From Macrostomum lignano (taxonomy: Eukaryota), in the NCBI GenBank assembly GCA_002269645.1, contig NIVC01004997.1, positions 1 to 28,906 of the forward strand: a DNA stretch of 28,906 nt, given 5' to 3'. Made by a program: the position numbers and the translations under genes. Below the pieces are notes generated by a model. The model did not search any database, was not told the DNA's origin, and was given only the letters and a program-made list of their open reading frames with translations. Of the stretch, positions 17,693 through 28,263 are shown in pieces. Position 1 is the stretch's first letter. Each line of letters opens with the position of its first letter.

Positions 17693-19178
17693 AGCTGGAG
17701 AGACTTCGTTTGAGAAGGCGACCAACCTGCGAAGCAGAGGAGGTCTTGGGTCGCGTGGCCTGGTCTGCCATCAGCGCTTACTTGGGCGAAAGCGGCGCAT
17801 TCTGCTAAATCTGGCAGGCGACTCTAAGGACGAGCGCAGCAATGAGCTGCATGAGTTTTTCGACGCCAATGTTAACGCACCGCCACTTCTCTGCCAGACG
17901 ATCTGACGCTGCCGCCGGAGATGCCGTTGCTGGAAGAGGAGAGCTTCAGCGTTGCACCAGTCAACACAGCCGACGCTGTGTGGCTCCACCAACAGTCACC
18001 GGGCGGGAAAAAGCTGTGACCGGACAAGTTGCATTGAGGCATTGCTCATACAACCCTGGCCATTGAGAAGGCACCTAAAGAGTGGACCACGGCACACATT
18101 TTCGCTATTCCAAAGAAGCCAGGCACCACAGGGCTAGAGAAGCACTGAGGCATCTGCCTTCAGTCTTTCGCTGCGAAGCTGTTTAATCGGCTGCTGCTAT
18201 CGCGGTTGCTGCAGGTGCTGGATCCGTACCTACGTCTTGAGCAGGTCAGCTTCCGGCTCCATCGCGGCACTGTGACGCAGATCCTAGCTCTTCGTCGAGT
18301 CATCGAGGAGACGCGGATATGCCAGACGATCCTGATTGTTATCTTCATAGATTTCAAAAAGGTATTCGACTCGCTCGTCAGGTCCATACTCCCAGAGGTG
18401 CTCCGTGCGAACACAGTGTCAGAGTAGCTTGTCTACGCCATCACGGCAATGTGTACCGTGATACAAAAGCTGTTGTTTCAACACCGGAAGGTCTATCTGA
18501 CTGCTCCAGAGAGACTCGCGCCGCTGCGGATTGCTCTTCATACCAACGACGACGGCTTTCTGCTACTGCACGGCTTTCTGCTTCGGTCAGCGACAACCGG
18601 AGAGGCGGCTCAGCGTGTTGGCTTCGCCGATGATCTCGCCCTGCGGTCATTAACTGTTGAAGTCGCCCAGCGACAACTGGATAAGCTGGTTGCGTCGAGT
18701 GTCGGCCTGTTGGTCAACATGCAAAAGACCATCGTGCTCTGCTGGCCGGACGACATTGTGTCTGCAATTTTGTGCAGATGGACAGGCGACAGAGCTTCTG
18801 TGTTGTCAGCAGTTCATCTATCACCTTGGCGGTCTGGCTTCCGACATCCGCGAGAATCTGCAGCGTCGCTGCAGGCTTGCCAATAGCCTACCTAACTACC
18901 AGTGGATGGCCCTGCTCCAGGTGGTGGTCGAGACTATCTTGTTATACATCACTGAGACCTGGACGCAGAGCGCTTCATCTGCGCTGAGTCGCACTGCCCA
19001 CAGCCGGTGCGGGGAAGTCCTGCTGCTGAAGCAGCAGGTGCACCCTCCCTACCGGCGGGAACAGGCGCGCACTTGGCTTTTCGTTCACAGCCTGCTGGTG
19101 CTGGCTGACGCCGGCGTCTCGGATTTGGTCGGCGGCGTGGCCTGCATTCGCGACCTGGCCCAGAAGCGCGCCCTGTGA
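17693..19178 (+). mobile_element. 5'-truncated, decayed RTE-like LINE: linker, reverse transcriptase and C-terminus
   Basis: APKEWTTAHIFAIPKKPG...*GICLQSFAAKLFNRLLLSRL...LDPYLRLEQVSFR...QILALRRVIEE...FIDFKKVFDS, then GFADDLAL (YADD box), VGLLVNMQKT and ETILLYITETW. Multiple stops and frameshifts. Confidence 0.92.
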
Positions 19179-19822
19179 CGCTGCCTTCTAAAGACTCTAA
19201 CAGCGTATTTTGTTGTTCGTCGTTGGCAAAGTCAAATCGGCAGGAGGAAACTGCAAGGCTTAGGCTCAAGCCAGGCGGACACGAGCTGAGAAGACACAGA
19301 CAGCGCATGGCGGAGAAACTTTTCTCCAACACACCCTACCCAATCGTAGAAGACAATTGACAGGTAAGCAGCAAAGTTAGAGGCAAAAGAGTCATCGAAG
19401 CGTGAAGCTTAAGCCCACGCAGGGTTGCGACTCATAGCTACTAGACGCATCGGGGGTGGGGGGGGGTAAACAGTCGTCGGGACTTTTGCCGTCCCACGCT
19501 ACAAGTGAAAGCTCAAGCGCCTTTGAAAAAGAAAAAAAGAAGAATTCTAGCAGTTCTCGGATTGTCTTTTATATTTCTTTGTCTGCGCAGAAACTTTTTG
19601 AATAAAATTTTTACCACCCACGTCCTACTGCCACCAATGTAAGCGTCTATTGGTGCAGAGACAAACTGCCAACTCAACTGCCTGCTGCAACCCAGGACGG
19701 TACGTAAAACGAACAGCTCAGAGATGCTAAACGGCCTAAATAGGCAAAGCCTTCGCAAATACACAACACGAGTCAGAGCGCTGAGCTCAACTTGATAAAA
19801 AATCACATAATTCAGTGTAAAA

Positions 19823-20935
19823 ATGCAATATTCAGGTGAGCACAATCCTGAAACATTGTCTCATGTCATTTTTCACGCAATTATCGCAAAGCCAGCTCCC
19901 TCAGCTAAGCCAATCATTCCTAACTTTCCAGCCCGCGCTCTACTCGCCGTCCTCCTCGTCTGGCTGGCTCCTCGGCCGACCCGCTGCGACTGCCAGCGAG
20001 GTTGGCGCCGTCTGCAGACGAAGAGCTGTCTGAGCGACTCGCTGGCGCTGTGGACGAGACCCTCCGGCTCCGTCCTCGACTGCGTGCTCGAAGCCGAGCG
20101 CTCGAGCGGCCTTCTGGTGGCCCAGTTCGACTCGGACACTCGCCAGTGCTCGCTCTTCCAATACACCGCAGTGTGCCACCTCATCGATGGACTCGCTGCT
20201 GCAGAGAGCTCGAAGTCCCGCCGCTGTGCCGCATTCGCCAATGACAGAGCCGCCAAGTTCCTCACCTTGAGCAGGAAGCTCATGCTGGATGTGGGCTCGA
20301 AGCTGAGGGCCGCCTGGGTGATGAGCGACGATGCGGACGCCAGCAGGAGCAACTTGGTGTGCGGCCAGACGCAGCAGTGGATGTCGGAGAATGTGGAGTG
20401 GAGCAGCGAGGGAGCCAAGCTCGACGGAGTGTCGTCCAAGATGTGGCTGGAGAACGTGGAGCTCGCGAGCGTGCAGCAGAGACTCACGTGGCTGGTCAGG
20501 CTCAAGCGGACTGTCCGGAAGGAGGCAACGCTGCTCGAATCCTACAACTGCGACTCCACGGCTTTGAACGCAGCCTTTTGGGACGGCTGGACAGGCGGAT
20601 GGGGCCTGTACTTCTTCAGGGTATCTTCATCTTACTTTGAGTACTTCACACCATCTGTAACGAACTCGTTTGACGCGAATGGATTCGTTGAGGTCGGCAT
20701 CAGTTCGGCGTCTCCGTCAAGCCGCGACTTCTTCTCCAACTTCGCGTTCGTGCCGCAGTCTGTTGTGAGCGCTGGTCCTCAGCGTAACGCAGCCGTGTCA
20801 ACATGCCGCTGCATCCGCTTGGGATTTAGACCTGCCGACTCGCGAATGTTGAACGGCACAGTGCAGTCGGTGGCCATCATGAACGACACGATGACGGAGG
20901 CTGAGATCCGCAGCTTCTTCGGCCTGGTACGCTGA
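19823..20935 (+). CDS. Secreted PAN/apple-like plus LamG/concanavalin-A-like protein, copy 1 (exons 19823-19835 and 19932-20935, 338 aa)
   Basis: ATGCAATATTCAG|GTGAGC donor, 96-nt intron ending CTAACTTTCCAG. The spliced N-terminus MQYSARALLAVLLVWLAPRPTRC is a signal peptide. C..S.LDC...QFD....CSLF is PAN-like. GAKLDGVSSK, LTWLVRLK and LGFR...LNGTVQSVAIMNDTMTEAEI are LamG/pentraxin-like. Confidence 0.8.
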   Translation: MQYSGEHNPETLSHVIFHAIIAKPAPSAKPIIPNFPARALLAVLLVWLAPRPTRCDCQRGWRRLQTKSCLSDSLALWTRPSGSVLDCVLEAERSSGLLVAQFDSDTRQCSLFQYTAVCHLIDGLAAAESSKSRRCAAFANDRAAKFLTLSRKLMLDVGSKLRAAWVMSDDADASRSNLVCGQTQQWMSENVEWSSEGAKLDGVSSKMWLENVELASVQQRLTWLVRLKRTVRKEATLLESYNCDSTALNAAFWDGWTGGWGLYFFRVSSSYFEYFTPSVTNSFDANGFVEVGISSASPSSRDFFSNFAFVPQSVVSAGPQRNAAVSTCRCIRLGFRPADSRMLNGTVQSVAIMNDTMTEAEIRSFFGLVR

Positions 20936-21180
20936 CCTGCCAGCCGCTCGGTTAATGCAAACTTACCAACTAAACAATTCAATGCACCGATGTTTTCTAA
21001 AAAACGACGTCCTTTTAGCACTGAAGAGTTTCCTTCTGTTGTGCCCGGCTGCATCTATCTACACCGATGAGCAATCTTTGTCTTTTGGTCAGTTGGGCCG
21101 GGGATTGCGCTCTAACCACTCCTGCCGCGTTTGCATATCCCACCCCTAATCGTCTGGATTGGGGTTGGGTTTATTGTATC

Positions 21181-22290
21181 ATTTTGGAGGGGTTTTTAGG
21201 GGGGGGGTCCACCAATGAAGCCAAATTGCTGCACGCTTAAAACTTCTATGGCCAAACCACACTGAGAAATCACTTCAGCAAAAATCTAAGCGAGCCAGAA
21301 TCTCAACTCAGTCAATAGGCCTGCGAACAAAAGATAGCAAGCACGTAGGACACCTGTTGAAGAATGGATCATTTTGGTCCATTTGGTCCATTCGGTCTAT
21401 TCGGTCCATTTGGTCAATTTCGGGTCCAGAAGGGATCAATTCGGTCAAAGTAGCGGCGTTACTTTTCCAAATCCTGTCTCCAAAGCACAGAACGGTTTCA
21501 CGGAGCCACCTGACTTGAACGTTGGCGGTGGTGGCTTTGAATTAAAAATTGGCCCTTCCGAAACGTTGATCCTCGATGATAGTGATTCCACAGACACGAA
21601 GGTAGATAGCGGAATAGACCAGCTCAAGCGGTAATCAATGAAGCAGGCGCATAAAATCCGCCATCAATCTTGCGTAAGCGTAGAAGATGCGCAAACCTGG
21701 ATGTTGAAAATCGGCTGTCGCCGGATCGCAGGAGTAGCTGTTGCTTAGGAGAACCTCGCTAAACTTACGAAGTACCAATTTTCTCGGACTAGAACAGACC
21801 GGCGTATTGCCCAATTGCATAATATCCATTTCATTGATCTCAGCGGAGGAGCTTCAACTTCATCGGCGTCCAATTGAATGAGATCCTCAAGCGTGCATTG
21901 CATTGCGGACTCTCGCTCAACTCTTTCGCCCAACTGGGAACTCGAAGCTCCAACAACGTCACCTTGCGACGCGTGCAATAGTCCGATACGAGTGCCGGTT
22001 GTTGAATCCAAAATTTAAGCCATTTGCCTTTGGTTGCAGTCGCGCGTTGAGCTATAGCTAAGCTATGAACCTTCTGCTACATATTTGACTTACAACTTCA
22101 TGTTTACACTTTCTATTTTGGACCATAGACACTACCATAGATAGATAAGACCAAGTATTTTGAGCGTGCAACAATGCATCATTGCCCAAACTGATGGTTT
22201 CACGCTTTAAATATCAATGGTCCAAACGCCTTCAAAATCATACAATATCGGTGAAGAACGGCTATTCATGCACCAATTGTTTATTTGATA
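21181..22290 (-). other. About 1.1-kb insertion present only behind gene copy 1, with an unidentified decayed ORF and 9-bp repeats
   Basis: The copy 1 flank stops matching copy 2 at 21180 and resumes at 22291. The junctions carry GTTTATTGTATC and GTTTATTTGATATC. The minus-strand reading frame from 22011 to about 21360 has one frameshift and two stops. About six 9-bp units lie at 21375-21427. Confidence 0.6.
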
Positions 22291-22585
22291 TCCAGCTCTG
22301 ATTGGCCGGACTGGCCGACACGCGCTCCCATTCCCAATTACTAGCCTCCGTGCCAAGTTGGATAGGCTAGTATGTACGCGCTTGTTGTCAGCCAGTCGTC
22401 AGTCGGAAGAAATCTATGAGCCTAGAGATTTGAGGGGTTATTTGATGAAATACGATCGTATACGTATATAAATGAGCTGGCGGTGGGCGAGGGAGAGCGT
22501 GCTGCTGAGTTCGGACTCGGCGACACAATGGGCTATAGTAAGCCAAAGCTTCAAGTTCAAGTTAATAAAGATATTTTAATAAAAG
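22291..22585 (+). promoter_or_regulatory. CCAAT/TATA/AATAAA block, copy 1
   Basis: CTGATTGG at about 22298, TATATAAA at 22465-22472, AATAAA at about 22563 and 22578. Clearly homologous to 26590-26880. Confidence 0.45.
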
Positions 22586-23191
22586 CCCGCTGCCTCGCTC
22601 TACCTAGATTTTTGGCCGAAGTATCAAAGAAGAACAATTATTGAGTATTCTCTGTTCCTTCCGTGGGAGACGCTGCCACTCTGGACACTGAATCTGATAA
22701 GATTAGGGACGGGCTGATCAAGTCCCTAGACATGACCTTACGCTCAGTAATCGAAGTCAGTCCGGCCAGCGGACTGAGGCGATCTCGGGCCCGTCGGCTG
22801 AAGAGTCCAACCAGTTAGTTTCGATCAGGCCGTGCCGCAACACTTCGATAATTCTGCGTGACTTTTCTTGCATTCAGTATTTTGGGCTTATGCTCATCAA
22901 CGACTAATTGTGCGATAAGTTACTTTCGAAGTCCTTAGGGTGCATGTGAAGACTTAATGCTTCGTGTTCAAGGCCAATTTGCAGCTAGTCTGTGCTTGGG
23001 AGATTTCGGATTCTTTACTTACTTTGACTGTGTTTAAAAGGTCAAACTAATCAGGATTGATCGATCAGAAATGACATGTCCCGCGCCTTTTACTCGTGTT
23101 TATTTCCTTTGATTTATAGCATGCATGCGCAGCACTCGGCAAAGATGACAAATCTGGGTAAAGAAGTATGGAGTGAATGTTGAATTCAGAC

Positions 23192-24170
23192 GCAAACACA
23201 CTTAACTACCACTAAGAGTAAAGGTAGCTGCAATGCTGAATTTAATGACCGTTGAGTTGTGGTGCTACTCTCCCGCTGAATAGCAATTTTGAAGGGCAAA
23301 ATGTGAGTAGTGAGTTGGATCAATTTCACCAAGTAGCCAGTTTAACAAATTCAGCATGGCGAGGGTAACGCACAGTACGACGTTAAAACAGCTCTATAGT
23401 GGTTAGTGCGAGAAACCAAAAGTATTGAGCTCTGAGCTCACTAGACGACTTTTATATTTTTGGTACAAGCGAACGTAAGAATAATTGATGCATAAAAGCA
23501 CAAGGGGTTTTAAAAGAACGCACACACTAGTCACGCTCAATGAAGCATTGTCAGTCAATCGATAAAATAAAACAGCGAGTGTACTCAATGTACACCCGCT
23601 GAGTCACGCGATACGACAGACGTGGCGAGCAAAATCTCTGATTGGCAGTGACGCCTGCAGGCTGATGCTTCTGCGTGCTGGAGGCACATAATAATAAATA
23701 AAAATAATAGATAAAAAAGTTTACATACCAGAGCAGGTGTGCAAATTTCAGTACATTTTAATAACAATTATAATGGCACTGCAGTTTTGCTTGATCAGTA
23801 TAAGAAACATCATCTATCCAGCATCTTTGTGGTCTTTAAATTGCAAAAAAATTGAAAATTGAGAAACATCAAAGTACGCGTGTACGAATATACGAGCTAA
23901 GTCTAATAACTCTGTGAATTATTGATGCATTCACATGTGCATAAGTGAATGGAGTTTGACCACTCTAAAAGAAGCTCCGGCTCCTTGTATCACACGAAGT
24001 ATAAAAGCAAGCAAGCAGTATGTGCATTTCCTCTATGCCCCTGCCTCATCCTGCACGGAAACCGTGACTCATGGCCGTTTACCTTGTGTCTCGATGCTAG
24101 CTAAAGAAGGTCCTGCATTAGCGAAGCTGCATTGCTGGGGTTGATGCCAGTGTAAATATCTTAGAAAAAA
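23192..24170 (+). repeat. Long copy of the unclassified dispersed repeat (see 14825-15101)
   Basis: Contains the three matching blocks separated by about 260 and 435 bp of sequence absent from the short copy. Confidence 0.65.
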
Positions 24171-24889
24171 ATGCGGGTAAACATAGAACGCATAAAACTG
24201 ACGCCCAATGCTTCGTGGGTGATGTATCGGATGCAAACACCATCAAACGCGCTTGAATTGCTAAGTTGTCTTCACTACTTTTTTAGCAGACTTGGCACCG
24301 GAGAATCAGCCGTGAGATGAGTTGCAGAATCGCTTGAGCGAAGCAGCTAATGGAGTTTATTTTAAAAAGTAGAAAGGAATCCACAATCCAGTGAGCACCG
24401 TCACTATAATGCATTTGATCGACACTCGATCCCAGAACCTGCGGTGGATGCGATATTTGCGTCACGAATGCCTTGCTGGATCACTAGTTTGTTCTACCAC
24501 CTGAAGAGAAAGTCTTCAGTGCAGTTGGTTTCTTTCAAGCTAAAGAAAACATCGACGAGGGACTTCTTGGCTAACTAATTCTGCACTCAGAAATGGTGCA
24601 AAATATGAATCAATTGAAAATCTTCTTGATGGGAAGTGTTTCTCAGTAACTTTCCATGAGCATCCTGCTGAAGAAAAAAGATGGAGCTAGGCTTCTGGAT
24701 TGCAAAAGGATTCTTCATTGTTTGGGATTGCCGGATGACTGTGGCGTCAGCAGCGACTGTGGACAAGTCAGACATACATGCAGTCATAATTAATCTGTTC
24801 ATTGGTACAAGTTAGATGCCACGACCTCCAAGTGTTCAAGACGGTGAGCCGAAGCGCTTCAGTGCTGCTGTGGCCCATGTGGATCTTCG

Positions 24890-25000
24890 GGGTGACGCCA
24901 AGGACTCGGTCGAATCGAGCCCCAGCCGTACCACAGGACACACTAAGGGTCGGGACGCTGAACTGCCTGACGGAGGCGCCTGGGCTCTGGCAAAGGCTTC
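24890..25000 (+). mobile_element. Small 5' fragment of the same LINE family (start of the APE domain)
   Basis: RSNRAPAVPQDTLRVGTLNCLTEAPG aligns with NLNLAPAVPVGRTINCRTLKAPG at about 27255-27325. Confidence 0.45.
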
Positions 25001-25237
25001 TTCGTCTGCGTAAAACCCTATTGCATTTTTTACCTTTCACGCCAGACTGCCCACGATGTAAGCGCCTATTGGTGCAGAGACAAACTGCCAACCCAATCAC
25101 CTACTACGCTTAAGTCGGAAAGCAAGTAAAACGAACAGCTCAGAGATGCAAGACGGCCTAGGAGGCAAAGCCTTCGCAGATACACAATGCGAGTAACTTA
25201 ACTCAACTTGATAAAAAATCACATATTCAGTGTAAAA

Positions 25238-26344
25238 ATGCAATATTCAGGTGAGCACAATCCTGAAACATTGTCTCATGTCATTTTTCATGCAATTATC
25301 GCAATTCCAGCTCGCTCAGCTCAGCCGGTCACTTTCCAGCCCGCGCTCTACTCACCGTCCTCCTCGTCTGCCTGGCTGCTCGGCCCGCCCGCTGCGACTG
25401 CCAGCGACGTTGGCGCCGCCTGGAGACGAAGAGCTGCCTGAGCGACTCGCTGGTGTGTGGACGAGACCATCGGCTCCGTCCTCGACTGCGTGCTCGAAGC
25501 TGAGCGCTCGAGCGGCCTGCAGGTGGCCCAGTTCGACTCGGACACTCGCCAGTGCTCGCTCTTCCAATACACCGCAGTGTGCCACCTCATCGATGGACTC
25601 GCTGCTGCAGAGAGCTCGCAGTCCCACCGCTGTGCCGCATTCGCCAATGCCAGAGCCGCCAAGTTCCTCACCTTGAGCAGGAAGCTCATGCTGGGTGTGG
25701 GCTCGAAGCTGAGGGCCGCTTGGGTGATGAGCGACGATGCGGACGCCAGCAGGAGCAACTTGGTGTGCGGCCAGACGCAGCAGTGGATGTCGGAGAATGT
25801 GGAGTGGAGCAGCGAGGGAGCCAAGCTCGACGGAGTGTCGTCCAAGATGTGGCTGGAGAACGTGGAGCTCGCGAGCGTGCAGCAGGGACTCACGTGGCTG
25901 GTCAGGCTCAAGCGGACTGTCCGAGTCGCGGCAACGCTGCTCGAATCCTACAACTGCGACTCCACGGGGGATCGAGGCGTGGCGTTTTGGGACGGCTGGA
26001 CAGGCGGATGGGGCCTGTACTTCTTCAGAGTCGCTTTATCTTACTTTGAGTACTTTACACCATCTGCCACGAACTCGTTTGACCCGAACGGATTTGTTGA
26101 GGTCGGCGTCACTTCGGCGTCTCCGTCAAGCCTCGACTTCTTCTTCAACTCCGCGTTCGTGCCGCAATCCAGTTTGAATCATGGTGATGAGCGTAACGCA
26201 ACCGTGTCGACATGCCGCTGCATCCGCTTGGGATTTCGACCTGGCGACTCGCGAATGCTGAACGGCACGGTGCATGCGGTGGCTTTCATGAACGACACGA
26301 TGACGGAGGCTGAGATCAACAGCTTCTTCGGCTTGGTGCGCTGA
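25238..26344 (+). pseudogene. PAN-like plus LamG-like gene, copy 2, frameshifted (exons 25238-25250 and 25340-26344)
   Basis: Same ATG/donor and an 89-nt intron ending ACTTTCCAG. Two 1-bp deletions relative to copy 1 at about 25454-25471 give a stop at 25501-25503. The downstream frame (ORF 25457-26344) is otherwise intact. Confidence 0.75.
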
Positions 26345-26589
26345 CCTGCGAGCCGCTCGGCCACTGCAACTCAAAAACTCAAAACTTCAACACACCATGT
26401 TTTTTTTAAGAAATGACGTCCTTTAGCACTGAAAAGTTTCCTTTCTTCTGTTGTGAACGGCTGCATCTACACCGATGAGCAATCTCTGGCCATAGGTCGT
26501 CGGCCGGGCATTGCACTCTAACTAAACCTCTGCCTCGTTTGCGTATTCCAACCCCAATCGTCTGGATTGGGATTGGGTTTATTGCATAC

Positions 26590-26880
26590 CCAGCTCTGAT
26601 TGGCCGGACTCCCCTCCGCATTACCTCTAGCCTCCGTGCCAAGTTGGATAGGCTAGTATGTACGCGCGATTGGTGTCAGCCAATAGGCAGTCGCAAGAAA
26701 TTTGTTAAGCGCTAATCTTTGAGCCTAGAGATTTGAGGGTTTTTCAATGAAATATACGTATATAAATGAGCTGGCGGTGGGCGACGGAGAGCGCGCTTCT
26801 GAGTTCGGGCTCGGCGACACAATCGGCTATAGCGAGCCAAAGTTTCAGGTTTAAGTTAATAGAAATATTTATAAATTAAT
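26590..26880 (+). promoter_or_regulatory. CCAAT/TATA block, copy 2
   Basis: CTGATTGG at about 26597, GATTGG...GCCAAT at 26669-26686, TATATAAA at 26759-26766. Homologous to 22291-22585. Confidence 0.45.
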
Positions 26881-26965
26881 AGAAAGTTAATAGAAGTTAA
26901 TAGAAAAAAAGCAGAGGTTATTTGCAGAGCCATTATATTTGCAGAGCCATTTTATTTGCAGAGCC
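26853..26965. repeat. Short tandem repeats: AGTTAATAGAA (3-4 copies) and 17-bp T(A/T)TATTTGCAGAGCCA-type unit (about 3.5 copies)
   Basis: Directly visible at the junction between the duplicated unit and the LINE. Confidence 0.85.
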
Positions 26966-28261
26966 ATTATATTTGGACGCCCGTGCAAATAGTGCTGCCA
27001 CCTCCTGGCATCGCGGCCAGATCAACAGATCGCGCATGACCTCGGTTGGCTCGAACGGCCGCGCCTCGGCTGCGGTAGCAAAGCTCAGCGCACCAGGGAC
27101 ACTCAGAGGTCGGCCCAGCGCGCAATGTCGCACTGAGCGGCGACGTGAGCGCAACCGGCGAGGGCGACTCCGTGGCGCGGCCAGGCGCCTGTTGCCCCCC
27201 GTCCCTGCTATTCCAACTATGGATCCACCGGGTGGCGCCGGGGACCACGAGGCCAATCTCAATCTGGCCCCAGCTGTACCAGTTGGCCGCACGATTAACT
27301 GCCGAACTCTGAAGGCCCCTGGCGTCGCATCATTCTCGTCCACCTGCCCCGACCTACAGCTGGACTTCATCATGCTGCAGGAGGAGGTCGACCCGACTGA
27401 TAGGGGTCGACCAGCGCGCCCGCTGCATCCGGATGTTGTGCACGTATGCACCCACTTCTGCTCACCCTGAGGAGGCTCGTTCCTTCTTCGACTTCCTGGC
27501 TAGGCAGCTGGAAGAGGTGCAAAACCGCGACACGCTGGCGGTGCTCGGAGACCTGAACGCAGTCCCGCGGAGGTCCGAGCGCTCACCCTTTGTCGCGGGA
27601 CGCGAGAACGCCAACACCGATCCGCTGGAGGACCTGCTTGACCGGCTAGACCTGGTGTCCGCGAACACCCAAGCCTCCTGCCCGTCTGGTTACCTTTGCC
27701 GGCTGCAAGAGAAGGCGGCGGAACGCACGCGGGCAGAACGCCACGAGGAGACTAGCACAACTCGACCATGCGCACTGCGTTCGACACTCCGCGAGCGCTC
27801 GCCTGCGTCCACCAGTACCGACATCAGCAGAGGGCTGCTGCGGAGCAGCGTCCGCTGATGCAACCGGCGCAGAAATCGCTGGCTTTCTGCAGCGACCCGA
27901 CCATCGGCAAGCGTGGCTCAGCATCGAGCGACAGAAACCGGCGGCCCACAGGCGATGCTGAAGACGCGTTTGAGCGCCTTCTAGACGAGCGGCAGCAGGC
28001 CGCTGTCGACGACGCCGTCCGGACCATTACTGCAGCCGGCCTGAAGTGAGGAGCCGCGCAGTGTGGACGGCGTCCGGACTCTGACGGGACGCAAAAAGCG
28101 CGTGGCGCTGAATATGGCCGGTGATACCTCGGAGGAGCGCAGGAATGAATTGCGGGAGTGAACGCAGGAGTGAACGCGCCCGCGTCGTCACTGTTTGTCA
28201 GTTTTGCGCTCCCACTGGACATGCCGCTCCCAGCTGAGGAGGACATCTGCATTAGCCTAGT
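26966..28261 (+). mobile_element. 5' part of an RTE-like LINE: APE endonuclease and linker, decayed
   Basis: GRTINCRTLKAPG, FIMLQE, YAPTSAHPEE, LAVLGDLNA and LDLVSANT are APE motifs. The linker RTLTGRKKRVALNMAGDTSEERRNELRE matches RLLGRKRRILLNLAGDSKDERSNELHE at about 17775-17850. Confidence 0.88.
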
Positions 28262-28263
28262 TA

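Noticed and set aside
22704-22745. Hammerhead-ribozyme-like hairpin (CTGATAAG..TAGGGAC/GTCCCTA..GACA)
   Set aside because: The core deviates from CUGANGA and GAAA at catalytic positions, and stems I and III are not evident.
24270-24800. Possible exons of another gene
   Set aside because: Every frame following the candidate acceptors hits a stop quickly. No recognisable protein.
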